From IMG/VR virus record IMGVR_UViG_3300043399_000877, positions 248,001 to 312,000 of that record: a DNA stretch of 64,000 nucleotides. One strand, written 5' to 3'. The translations under genes were made by a program, and so were the position numbers. The notes under the pieces were generated by a model, which was not told the DNA's origin, ran no database searches, and saw nothing but the letters and a program-made list of their open reading frames with translations. Shown here piece by piece: positions 46,933-55,994 of the stretch; positions within the stretch are counted from its first letter, which is position 1; each line of letters starts with the position of its first letter.

Positions 46933-48595
46933 TTTCCAATGCCTCAAGGTTTTCAATTTCGTCGTCATCAAAGTCTTCTGAATGGCTTTCAGTTTCCACT
47001 TCTTCCACCTTGGGAGGTTCGATGACGTTAAACAATGCACTAAAGCTGGTTCTAGCGTTAATGCTTTTAATTCCAGTTTTACCACGAGCAGCGTTCCCTG
47101 GGATACCCATCCAATAACGATTGTGCTCGTCTATGAGCTCAAGTGCTCGGTCACGATCTGATGTAGCAAATATATCCTCAACAATATCTTTAAAGAACTT
47201 TTGATCAAACTTGCTACCAGACAACATGCTCGGATAAATTCCGTTATCGTATTGTCTGTTTGCTTCCTGAACTGCGTTAATGTGCATCCAGATGTTATGA
47301 CCCATTTGTATTGCATAACTGAAGCTATCCCAACTTGTTCTACCAATCTTATCGATTTTGTTAAAGTCAGGTAGCACGTTGTAATGCTCTGGGTTACGGA
47401 GATCGAACGGTACGCCACCGAGTTCAGCATCAGTTTTTCTAACACCTGGTTTGTAATGACAGATGTCACTTACTTTGAGACCGGCGCTTATGGGGCTGTC
47501 TTCAAATACTTTAAAATAGTTGTCTTGAAGAACTGCGTCTCTGTACAAACGATTGTCAAGGGCATACTTTTTGTCATCAACAGCCTTAAGCATCCTATAC
47601 AACCACTTGGAATTCGGTGGAGTTTCTGTTTGAAGATAAATCTGCCCGTTTGCAGTTGCAAGGAATGGACTTGCACAGTCAAAAGTTATAAGGAAATTTT
47701 CGTTGTGATATTTTCTAATAGCTCGTTGAATGTCAGTAAAAGCAACAGCCCACTCAAGCCTACTGGTTCCCAGGAAGTGTACAACATCTTGGTATCCCTT
47801 TTCTAGCAGACCATCAAAGCGCATCATAACCAGACGCTTTAGTGCAAGGTGCAAATCACAAGTGTGTTGACCACCCATACTCCAACCATTAAAGTGATTG
47901 TTTGGATATATCTTGGGATCAGCATAACGCTTCATGATGTTGTACCAGTTGTCGGCGTCAGCGTGGTTTTCACCCTGTAAAACAGTCAAAAACTTACAGT
48001 TACCGTTTCTTCTACGGATCCAGTCTTCGTTGTTGTACATAGTAGCTGAGACGGCTTCCTGATAGGTGGTAATACCAGTTTTCTCTTTACCCTTGGTTGA
48101 ACGTGTAAGGATCCAGGTCGGAGTATCGAGTGTCATTCCGTAATCCATATAAGTGTCCATCCACTCCAACACCTGTGTGCGTTTTGCGTGTGCTTTTGGA
48201 CAATTGGGATCCTTCCAGTCAGCTTCCCAAACACCTTGACCGATCTGATAGCCACCACTATCACCCAGTAGCCAACTATTTTGACGGTCGCGGTTGCGAA
48301 TCATATCCTCTCTCGCATCAAACTTGTTGATGTCCAGGTTTGCATGACCTGCTGAGTACAGGCTCCATTTGTAATTAAACATTCCCTCTTTGGGGTTTAG
48401 ATAATTTAGACTTTCGACACCGTTGGGAAAGTTAGATGGTATTCTTGCAGGATCTACGTATTGTTCGTGACGCTGCTTGCCCACATACGTTGCATAAAAT
48501 CCACTAAGTGCCGGCAAAAATACGGCATAGTCTTTTTGAGCAGTGGTCAAGTCAGTATTCATTACTCTCTGCTCGTTATTGTTTTCATTTGTCAT
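46907..48595 (-). CDS. dpdA: DpdA-like / TGT-fold 7-deazaguanine DNA transglycosylase
   Basis: TGT-fold motifs GDSGGYQ, TLD.P, VLQG, GWSMGG, HFLG, TFDCAS. Lies next to queD, folE and queE. Confidence 0.72.
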   Translation of the reverse strand: MTNENNNEQRVMNTDLTTAQKDYAVFLPALSGFYATYVGKQRHEQYVDPARIPSNFPNGVESLNYLNPKEGMFNYKWSLYSAGHANLDINKFDAREDMIRNRDRQNSWLLGDSGGYQIGQGVWEADWKDPNCPKAHAKRTQVLEWMDTYMDYGMTLDTPTWILTRSTKGKEKTGITTYQEAVSATMYNNEDWIRRRNGNCKFLTVLQGENHADADNWYNIMKRYADPKIYPNNHFNGWSMGGQHTCDLHLALKRLVMMRFDGLLEKGYQDVVHFLGTSRLEWAVAFTDIQRAIRKYHNENFLITFDCASPFLATANGQIYLQTETPPNSKWLYRMLKAVDDKKYALDNRLYRDAVLQDNYFKVFEDSPISAGLKVSDICHYKPGVRKTDAELGGVPFDLRNPEHYNVLPDFNKIDKIGRTSWDSFSYAIQMGHNIWMHINAVQEANRQYDNGIYPSMLSGSKFDQKFFKDIVEDIFATSDRDRALELIDEHNRYWMGIPGNAARGKTGIKSINARTSFSALFNVIEPPKVEEVETESHSEDFDDDEIENLEALENEQLRCAD

Positions 48596-49034
48596 CGCTG
48601 TCGATGGACTCCTTATAATTCCAAGATTGTAACCTTGAGCTCAACAACTTTTTAAGATCTTCTTCAGTAATACTTGAAGAAATAGGAGTTGTTGAAGATG
48701 AAGATATGCCAGTGGTACTTGTCACAACCCAAGGTGCATACGTGGTACCCGGGAACGACGGATACGTGTTAGGTGATGTCGGGTATGACGGATATGATGT
48801 ATTCGGAGTTTGACGAATGACGGCAATTTCACTACGCATCACTGCCACCTGCATTTTCAAATCATCTATCATTCTTTTAAGGTCATGAAGAGGACCTTTG
48901 TTGGGTTTTTCTTCTTGTGGCTCGACAATGCTAACCACAAGAAGAAGGTTCTTAAGTGCCTTTTTGACTGCTGGATTATCGGACGACAACGCATAATCAA
49001 AAAGCTTTAGTAAATCTTCAAAGTCCTCGTTCAT
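48585..49034 (-). CDS. Hypothetical protein with Ser/Thr/Pro/Tyr-rich segment
   Basis: AGGAG RBS, low-complexity central region. Confidence 0.65.
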   Translation of the reverse strand: MNEDFEDLLKLFDYALSSDNPAVKKALKNLLLVVSIVEPQEEKPNKGPLHDLKRMIDDLKMQVAVMRSEIAVIRQTPNTSYPSYPTSPNTYPSFPGTTYAPWVVTSTTGISSSSTTPISSSITEEDLKKLLSSRLQSWNYKESIDSDDK

Positions 49035-49044
49035 GCAACTCTCC

Positions 49045-49776
49045 TTACTTTTGTGCAGCAGGTATAATAAAATCGTATTTAATCAATTGTGAGTCAACAG
49101 TAATTTTAATAGCACCGCTGTCAGTTATATACATCTGCTTGTCGCCGTCCAGTTGGAGAATTGAAAGCAAGTGCGAAATAGGCCAATAAAAATTGTTGTT
49201 TGTGGTGCCTTCGATATTGGGTTCAAAGACAAATTCACCAGCGTGGCTAGTTGCATCACCAAAGTAAAAAACCAAGTTTCCGTCTTTTACTTTAAGTTGG
49301 CAAAAAGTTTCGCCAGTGTGTGCGCCAGCCATGTTCTTCAGCCTGTTAATTGATGCAAGACTGGGAGTAAATTCCAAGTTCCACTTTGCACCCTTGAACT
49401 CAACCTTCTTGAGCTTTTCGTCAAGAACGTTCTTGTTTACAAAGCGATAAGTGTTGGTAAAGTCGCCAGCCTTGTTTTCAAACTTTGCATAAACTGGAAC
49501 AACCACACCGTTACGCTCTTCACTCTTAATAGTGATCTTAGCGTCTTCGCGGTATTCGTTATTCTTAACCAAATAAGCCAGTTTGCCGAGATCTGCAATA
49601 CCAAAAACTCCGGTAAAGTCAGGAACAGTCTCGTGTGTTTTTGCAAGCAAGATAAGAGACAGGTCTTCAGAAACACTGTCAATAGAAACACCGTCGGTTT
49701 CGTGAGTTAATCTCAGCATGTTTAAAACGCCCACAGGCTGAGCATGTGTGACGATATCAGTTAAAATAGAAAGCAT
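49045..49776 (-). CDS. DNA polymerase sliding clamp (gp45/PCNA-like)
   Basis: 243 aa with a two-domain beta/alpha pattern, FGI.DL..L, and C-terminal G.I.I.V......Y.FIIPA. Close to polB. Confidence 0.65.
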   Translation of the reverse strand: MLSILTDIVTHAQPVGVLNMLRLTHETDGVSIDSVSEDLSLILLAKTHETVPDFTGVFGIADLGKLAYLVKNNEYREDAKITIKSEERNGVVVPVYAKFENKAGDFTNTYRFVNKNVLDEKLKKVEFKGAKWNLEFTPSLASINRLKNMAGAHTGETFCQLKVKDGNLVFYFGDATSHAGEFVFEPNIEGTTNNNFYWPISHLLSILQLDGDKQMYITDSGAIKITVDSQLIKYDFIIPAAQK

Positions 49777-49799
49777 ATATAAATCTCCGTTATATTCTT

Positions 49800-49827
49800 A
49801 TAGTAAATTAAAGTTGCGAAAAGTCAA
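49800..49827 (-). promoter_or_regulatory. Sigma70-type promoter
   Basis: TTGACT-16 bp-TACTAT. Confidence 0.5.
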
Positions 49828-49835
49828 GTAATAAG

Positions 49836-50597
49836 TTATTTTCGTATCGTTTTGTTATAATCGACAGCCGCTCTAAGTGTATTTAGATCGACACCTTTTT
49901 TCTCTGCCATATTTAGAAGAGCAGCAGTATCTTTGGGGAAGCAATATCCACCCCAACCACGAAAACCAAGCTCTGGATGAACAAAAGTGTGGCTGTCACC
50001 AATTCTTGGATCTTTTATCAAACCGTCGCGCACAGCATAGAAGTCTAATCCAGATGCATTACAAAAATCAAACATTTCGTTAAAAAAACTTAACTTGGTT
50101 GCAAGAAAAGAGTTTTCAAAATATTTGATAGCAATACAATTTTCTATGCTGTATTCATAAAAGATTAAATCAGGATATACTCGTATGAAAAAATCCTTCC
50201 AAAAATCGCACATAGGCCCATTAGACAGTATAGTGTATTTTAGATTTTGCATATCTTCCACTGCGCTCTCTGCTCTTAAAAATTCTGGAGAGAACGTTAT
50301 CGAATGATCGGGGAATTGGTCACGTATTGTTTGTAATCCTTCAAGATCAATCGTGCTTTTTATTAATATCGGAACTGAAGCAGGGGTGTCGTTTATGACA
50401 TCGATCACGTTACTGATATCGCAACTGCCATCCGAAGACGGCGGAGTTGATACACAACAAATTACACCATCGATGTGGTGTAAATCGGATATATTATTAA
50501 CGTTGTATTTTGGATCAACAATAAAAAGATTATAATGATCTTTTAGCGATTCAAAAAACGCCTGGCCAACAAAGCCATAACCAGCAATTACATACAT
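49836..50597 (-). CDS. UDP-glucose 6-dehydrogenase-like protein lacking the C-terminal domain
   Basis: IAGYGFVG, CVSTP, IKST, SPEFLR, KYFENSFLATK, GWGGYCFPKD. Only 253 aa. Confidence 0.85.
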   Translation of the reverse strand: MYVIAGYGFVGQAFFESLKDHYNLFIVDPKYNVNNISDLHHIDGVICCVSTPPSSDGSCDISNVIDVINDTPASVPILIKSTIDLEGLQTIRDQFPDHSITFSPEFLRAESAVEDMQNLKYTILSNGPMCDFWKDFFIRVYPDLIFYEYSIENCIAIKYFENSFLATKLSFFNEMFDFCNASGLDFYAVRDGLIKDPRIGDSHTFVHPELGFRGWGGYCFPKDTAALLNMAEKKGVDLNTLRAAVDYNKTIRK

Positions 50598-50600
50598 TGA

Positions 50601-51344
50601 TTATTCCGCTATTTTTGCTTCCACAAGGTATTGTAGTGTTTCAAAAGTATCCCGCCAGTCCTTAACACTAAAAGTACGACCGTTTTGCAGCTTTTCTACT
50701 GCTGATGCGATGGAATGGTCGTTACCACCGGGCTCGGTGCGATCACCAAAAAAGAATATTTTAGATTCTTTTTTAAAGTCATTCAGTACTTGGCTCTTAT
50801 CACAACCTCTTGGGAATATGTCTAGCCCTGTTTCACCACCTATTTGAGCATGCAATTCTGGAAAACGAAGATTAAACTCTTGAGCAATTTGTGCTCGCTC
50901 ACCAGTTTCAATGTCCCACTTACGATACATTAGTCGTTCACCTAGAGTTGCACCCCTGCCCACGATGCTAAAATTAACAGTTCCGGTTCTTATTTCTATG
51001 TGGGTACCGGTCCTAAGTGGAAATTTACTAGCCTTGAGATGCTCAAGTAACCAGCGTTCAACTTCTATTCCCATGCGCCAATCGTTTTGGAATATGCGAT
51101 GCCCTTTGGTCCAGACTTCATTACCAGAACAATTATATACACGTTCAACACTTAGGCATAGATCGATACCCAACTGTTCAATAGTTTTATTATAGTCGCT
51201 TCCGGTTACCAGGTATACTCTATTTCTTCTACAAAAATCAAGGAACCATTCTTCAAAATTTGCATCTATTTTTCCCCTGCTGGGGGTAAGTGTGCCGTCT
51301 ACGTCAAATAAAAAATTATTTGTTGTTTTTGTTTGCTGCGTCAT
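50601..51344 (-). CDS. HAD-IIB phosphomannomutase (eukaryotic PMM-like)
   Basis: FDVDGTLT, VTGSD, G.HIE.R.G..NFS..GR, GG..G.DIFP.G.DK, FFGD....GGND. Confidence 0.85.
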   Translation of the reverse strand: MTQQTKTTNNFLFDVDGTLTPSRGKIDANFEEWFLDFCRRNRVYLVTGSDYNKTIEQLGIDLCLSVERVYNCSGNEVWTKGHRIFQNDWRMGIEVERWLLEHLKASKFPLRTGTHIEIRTGTVNFSIVGRGATLGERLMYRKWDIETGERAQIAQEFNLRFPELHAQIGGETGLDIFPRGCDKSQVLNDFKKESKIFFFGDRTEPGGNDHSIASAVEKLQNGRTFSVKDWRDTFETLQYLVEAKIAE

Positions 51345-51759
51345 TGTCAATCTCACTTTCCACTACACGCTTTCTGAGGTCACTGCTGCTAAAACGATGA
51401 TCCCGTTTGTTAAAATATAAGTCAATTCCACGTTTTTTGCATATATCACGCCCGGTAAACTCTTTTTCTCTGTACTCTTCACCGAGTATTCTCACATCAA
51501 TTCTATACAAATTTAAAATGTCTTCAAGATCACGTTCAGATGCATAAGGTATTATTTCGTCAACATACTTTACGCCCTTGAGCTGTGTATATCTTTCAAC
51601 AATACTCTGGACCGGAGAGTTTTTATTCCTCCGGTCCAAGCTAGGATCTAGTTGCAATCCGCAAATCAAGTAATCACACTGTTCTTTTGCTTCGCGTAGC
51701 ATTTGAACATGTCCAGCATGCAACAAATCAAATGCAGAGGCAGTAAATCCCACTCTCAT
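51316..51759 (-). CDS. Glycerol-3-phosphate cytidylyltransferase-like protein (TagD family)
   Basis: FDLLHAGH, ER...L..VKYVDEI, R.H.FSSS.LR. Confidence 0.85.
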   Translation of the reverse strand: MRVGFTASAFDLLHAGHVQMLREAKEQCDYLICGLQLDPSLDRRNKNSPVQSIVERYTQLKGVKYVDEIIPYASERDLEDILNLYRIDVRILGEEYREKEFTGRDICKKRGIDLYFNKRDHRFSSSDLRKRVVESEIDNDAANKNNK

Positions 51760-51760
51760 T

Positions 51761-54427
51761 TTAGACGATCCTGAACAAACTGGTAAAGGTTTCATTTTGT
51801 TTTGTGCTTTCTAAGTCATATTCCAGAACGCCAATAAGGTTGTCTAGCTTATTGTCAATGATTGTTTCTTCCATTGCAGCATCATCAAAAGGCAATTCCT
51901 TAAACCAGTCAGGAAGTCTAAGTTCGTCAGTCGGATATGCAACACTTGTAAATCCCATCGGGTTATTTTTTAATTTACAAACAATAACCTTCATTCCATC
52001 AACGATTTCAATGCTGTATTTGTCGCCGTTCATTCGTTTTAATGTATTCCAGTTAATACTTGCCCGAACGTGTCCGGGTAAAACTGCTTTACTGCCTTTT
52101 TTCTTTTCTTCACGTTCGTAATGCTGAATGTTGTTTGCACGTTTTGGAGAACCTTTTTCGTAGCCAGGACGGCTCTTAAATTCATTCCTGAATTCTTTAA
52201 CTGATGCAAGTATTTCAGCTTCGGGGCGGCCTTTTAGAACCATAAGTAACACTTCCATTAAGTATTCTTGCATGAATACCGGAGTATCCGAACGCTTTAG
52301 GTCCAATCCCATTGCCTTTACTTTTCCAGGTTTGCCGTCCACGTCTTTTCTCTTACCCTCTTCGTCATATACTAACACAGCATAACGCTTCTTGGTAATA
52401 AAAAGTCCACTTTCACCGACTATTTCTCGACCAGCAGCAATAACTTCTGCTCTGCTCTTTGGACAATGGAAAGCCTGGCCCATGAAATCGGAGAAACTGC
52501 GGTTTACTTCATCAGCTATTTGGTCGTATAGTTCAACAACTGTTTCCTTGGTCCACGGAACCAAGTTCTTTTCAATGTCATCTTTCAATACCGGGTACAT
52601 GCTAAAATACACAGAGTCTGTATCACCGTATATGATAGTTTTTCCAATATGATTGTATTCTCCAGTTGCAATTTCATTAACTTTTGCAGCCATGTGCTTG
52701 GCAATTCCACGACCAGTAAGGGTTGTACTTTGTCCGATGCGCTTATCAAAAAATCTACAACCTGGGTTAAGAATAGCACCATAAAGACTGTTAAGGTTGA
52801 TCTTTTTAACCAGCTGTCGTTTATCCCAAAACTCTATTTCAGATTGTACTCCAGCTTCAACAGCTTTTTTCTTCATAGCTTGAAGCTCTTTACGCTCTTT
52901 GTACCATCTTGCAAGCAATCCGGGTATAACAGCCTCAAACTCAGTCGTAAAAATAGTGCCGTTTGCACTGATCATCCAAGGCTTGTTACTGTCAAATATA
53001 AGTTTAAATGCCTGTGCTGCGCTCATTACTTCGCTATTACCGTTAACCCAGTCAACAGTTACGTCGAAATCGACTCGCTCATCCATAATTGCAGCATATT
53101 CTAGGGTACCAAACAATCCTTCCCATGCAGCACTGAAACTCTTTTTCTTTAGAGTCATCTGATCTTCAATATATTTGTCAGTGGCTGTTGGCCTAACTTG
53201 ACCGATTATACTTTCTGGTGCCATGTTTAATGCACGAATAACCGATGGATACAGGCTGTTCAAGTCCATTGAGCCAATCCAACGATGGAAGCCTTTTTTT
53301 GGATTCGCAACATATGCGCCGGCTGCTTGAGTGTCTTCCTCAAAGTTTCCACGATTCTGGACTTGCATTCCACGTCGATGTGCTTCGTTAATGATTGCCT
53401 GTTCAGTAACAGCCACAGCGCCCATGGTTGTCTGTATTAACACAGTGTTATCATGAGCGATCTCGTTAGCCAGATCAATAAACCGCAGTTTTTTATCTAG
53501 TTTGTCAAGTAGTGCAACGTCCTGTCGGTTATACTCAATGAATGTTCTAAAATCATTGTTGTAGAGTTGATCCAGTGTGCCTTCATATTGCGTTTTACGT
53601 TCGTTTAGTTCATATTCACCGATTGCGTCCAGTCGATAACTGTGTCGTTCTTCGTAAGTATACTTTCTGTAAAGTTCAAGACTGTCTAAATGTATGCGGC
53701 CTACTAAATCGTAAGTTTCGGCAGTCTTACCAAATTTTTCATACTCACGTTTCTTTGGAAACTGATTCCATAAACAAAATCTGCGAGTATCGCTTTTGCT
53801 CATAACTCTTGCTACACGGTTTACCATGTAGGGAATATCGTAGCCTTCGCTGTTCCAACCACTGAGAATGTCTGCATCCTCAATTAAGTTGAAAAACTCT
53901 TCAAGCATTTCAATTTCAGACTCGAATATAAAAGTATTGCTGAAATCTTTAACTAATTCACGAGCATCGGCAACGGATAGCGATTTGGGTGGGATCGCCA
54001 AAGTTACCAAACTGTCCATCCATTGTAAATGCACAGTGATAGCAGTGATTGGCATAAATGGATCGTTTGTTGGAGCAAATCCCCGGTTTGGGTCAAAGTC
54101 AGTTTCAATGTCAAAGAACGCAATATGCAACTTTGGTGCATCTTGGTTGATGTAGTTTTCACTTAAACATTGAAATATAGGATTTATATCACTTTCGAAC
54201 AACCGCTTGTTCTTGTTTATGGCAAGTTCTTTACGATACTCTTTGGTATTTTTACAAACGATCCTGGAAAGCGGATCTCCATAGACGCTGCGAAACTTTC
54301 CACGCTGGTCTTCATAATAAAAAGTATATTTTGTGGGATATTGTTGATACATGCGCTTTCCGTCTTTGCGCTCTACAACATTTATAACGTCAGCATCCCT
54401 ATCAAAAAATGCATCAATGTACGGCAT
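51761..54427 (-). CDS. Family B DNA polymerase (gp43-like)
   Basis: Exo motifs DIET, GWN...YD and YN.QD. Pol motifs DLNSLYPS, K...NSLYG, YGDTDS and KKRY. Confidence 0.96.
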   Translation of the reverse strand: MPYIDAFFDRDADVINVVERKDGKRMYQQYPTKYTFYYEDQRGKFRSVYGDPLSRIVCKNTKEYRKELAINKNKRLFESDINPIFQCLSENYINQDAPKLHIAFFDIETDFDPNRGFAPTNDPFMPITAITVHLQWMDSLVTLAIPPKSLSVADARELVKDFSNTFIFESEIEMLEEFFNLIEDADILSGWNSEGYDIPYMVNRVARVMSKSDTRRFCLWNQFPKKREYEKFGKTAETYDLVGRIHLDSLELYRKYTYEERHSYRLDAIGEYELNERKTQYEGTLDQLYNNDFRTFIEYNRQDVALLDKLDKKLRFIDLANEIAHDNTVLIQTTMGAVAVTEQAIINEAHRRGMQVQNRGNFEEDTQAAGAYVANPKKGFHRWIGSMDLNSLYPSVIRALNMAPESIIGQVRPTATDKYIEDQMTLKKKSFSAAWEGLFGTLEYAAIMDERVDFDVTVDWVNGNSEVMSAAQAFKLIFDSNKPWMISANGTIFTTEFEAVIPGLLARWYKERKELQAMKKKAVEAGVQSEIEFWDKRQLVKKINLNSLYGAILNPGCRFFDKRIGQSTTLTGRGIAKHMAAKVNEIATGEYNHIGKTIIYGDTDSVYFSMYPVLKDDIEKNLVPWTKETVVELYDQIADEVNRSFSDFMGQAFHCPKSRAEVIAAGREIVGESGLFITKKRYAVLVYDEEGKRKDVDGKPGKVKAMGLDLKRSDTPVFMQEYLMEVLLMVLKGRPEAEILASVKEFRNEFKSRPGYEKGSPKRANNIQHYEREEKKKGSKAVLPGHVRASINWNTLKRMNGDKYSIEIVDGMKVIVCKLKNNPMGFTSVAYPTDELRLPDWFKELPFDDAAMEETIIDNKLDNLIGVLEYDLESTKQNETFTSLFRIV

Positions 54428-54575
54428 CTTCGTCCTTCTCCCCTCTGATTTTTGCTACATCTTCATGAATGAATCTGTGCATTACACATTCCCAAACGCA
54501 CCCATCCGGAGCAGGACATTCTTCACATCGTTCAACAGGTTCGTTACAATCAAGTAATTCTCTTTTATTTTTCAT
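54414..54575 (-). CDS. Small Cys-rich hypothetical protein
   Basis: AAGGAG RBS before MKNKREL. Five Cys residues. Confidence 0.55.
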   Translation of the reverse strand: MKNKRELLDCNEPVERCEECPAPDGCVWECVMHRFIHEDVAKIRGEKDEDAVH

Positions 54576-54634
54576 CGATCTCCTTGGTTGCTTTCTGGCC
54601 AACCTACCATCTATATGTTCGTAAGTGAACAACA

Positions 54635-54850
54635 CTAAAACAACAGTCCTATAATATATATCGCAGTTAAACCGCTGTTCATAACAATAAGACTATTTTC
54701 TTTCCATAAGAAACCAACAATAGTCCAGAGGGTATTGCTGAGAATAAAAGCAAATACGTAAAGCGGATATATGTTAAATGCTGCAAGTGCCGCAGCGGCA
54801 AGAAGGCTGGCCGTGCTAATCCACGCCAACCACTGATATGGTTTTTTCAT
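54635..54850 (-). CDS. Small membrane protein
   Basis: Three hydrophobic segments. Confidence 0.7.
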   Translation of the reverse strand: MKKPYQWLAWISTASLLAAAALAAFNIYPLYVFAFILSNTLWTIVGFLWKENSLIVMNSGLTAIYIIGLLF

Positions 54851-55083
54851 TTTGCGTTCTTCATTAAATACAATGTAATTTTTGGATCATCTACGACAAG
54901 AAGATCACTGGGATATTTACGATCAACCCATGAGCGGCCAACCCCTACAACGTTTACCATTTTGGGATTTAGCTTTTTTACTGTGGCTATTTTTAGGGCA
55001 TTATGGTTGGGGTAAACCACTGAGTCCCCAACCTTTATGACATTTCCTAAAATGTCCTTATGCACTATTTCTTGATTACTCAT
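54847..55083 (-). CDS. Hypothetical SH3-like small protein
   Basis: DILG..I.VGD.V motif common in phage proteins. Confidence 0.7.
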   Translation of the reverse strand: MSNQEIVHKDILGNVIKVGDSVVYPNHNALKIATVKKLNPKMVNVVGVGRSWVDRKYPSDLLVVDDPKITLYLMKNAK

Positions 55084-55342
55084 CCTTTGCTACACCAATT
55101 GCTGCAACAAGTGATTCGAGATCTTCAAAGTCGTCAGTGACTCTATCCCAGTCTTTATTTTTAGCAATTTTAATTGCTTTGTTTATTAAGCTGGTTTTAA
55201 TGTTTAATTCTTCGGCAACTGCTTTAACAGTTTCTTTTAATCCACCTTGCAAATCTTCGACTTCTTGAAGAACGCTGACTGCTTCGCGAACAAGACGATC
55301 AAGTTTTGCCTTTTCTTCAGGCCCATAAGTTCTGCTACTCAT
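55076..55342 (-). CDS. T4 DsbA/GapR-like dsDNA-binding protein
   Basis: 88 aa helical protein, L..LV.E....L.E.E.L...LKE......EEL......INK. Preceded by TTGACT-16-TATACT (55364-55391). Confidence 0.6.
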   Translation of the reverse strand: MSSRTYGPEEKAKLDRLVREAVSVLQEVEDLQGGLKETVKAVAEELNIKTSLINKAIKIAKNKDWDRVTDDFEDLESLVAAIGVAKDE

Positions 55343-55394
55343 TAAAAACTCCTTTATATGTAGAGTATACTAGATAACGGACAAAAGTCAATAT

Positions 55395-55994
55395 TTACTT
55401 GACGTACGCACCAATTCTACCATGAACGTCCGGGTATTCACGGTAGCTGTATCCCGGTGGTGGGTTGACGATTTCGCCCTCCCACACTGGAATAAACTCA
55501 CTGATGCCACCGTCAAAGTCTTCATTTTTTCTAAAATGAACTTCTATGAGGCGGCCACCAATGAACTCGCAATTTATATATTCGTATTTTTCTTTGAATG
55601 ATTTTAAGATATCAGGAAATGCGACAACATCATCCGTTTTTTTCCATGATTTCCATCGCGTAAAAGTGTTGTCTGGTTTAAATCCTTCAACACACAATAT
55701 TTGTTCCCCGTTTCTGTAATCCACACTTAGGTGTCTTCCGTCAAACCATTCACACCAAAAAAATCCCAACGGTAAATGATCAGTGTTATCGTCTAACCAA
55801 AGTTTTTGTGCCCCCAATCCAAGCCCCATTAGGTTCACACACGGGCGCACAATATAAAAATCAGGTTTAGGAACATCTAGCCCAGTTGGACCGCAAATGT
55901 ATCCGGATTTTCTTGATAGTATCAGTTTGTCTAAGACCCAGATATGATCTGGGTCTATGTTTTTCCAAGCAATCTCCTCGGCGCTAAGGCTCAT
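55395..55994 (-). CDS. Minimal ATP-grasp-like protein
   Basis: YIVRP..N..G.G.GA, FWCEWF.G.H.SVD, IN.EFI...LIEVHFR. Confidence 0.5.
   Translation of the reverse strand: MSLSAEEIAWKNIDPDHIWVLDKLILSRKSGYICGPTGLDVPKPDFYIVRPCVNLMGLGLGAQKLWLDDNTDHLPLGFFWCEWFDGRHLSVDYRNGEQILCVEGFKPDNTFTRWKSWKKTDDVVAFPDILKSFKEKYEYINCEFIGGRLIEVHFRKNEDFDGGISEFIPVWEGEIVNPPPGYSYREYPDVHGRIGAYVK

Noticed and set aside
48730-48812. SYPSYPTSPNTYPS resembles RNA polymerase II CTD heptads
   Set aside because: It is a single imperfect match within a low-complexity linker, in a bacteriophage context.
50601-51344. Eukaryote-like PMM, together with ODC, HSS and gmd, suggesting a giant eukaryotic virus
   Set aside because: SD sequences, sigma70 promoters, overlapping operons and T4-like replication genes indicate a bacteriophage.
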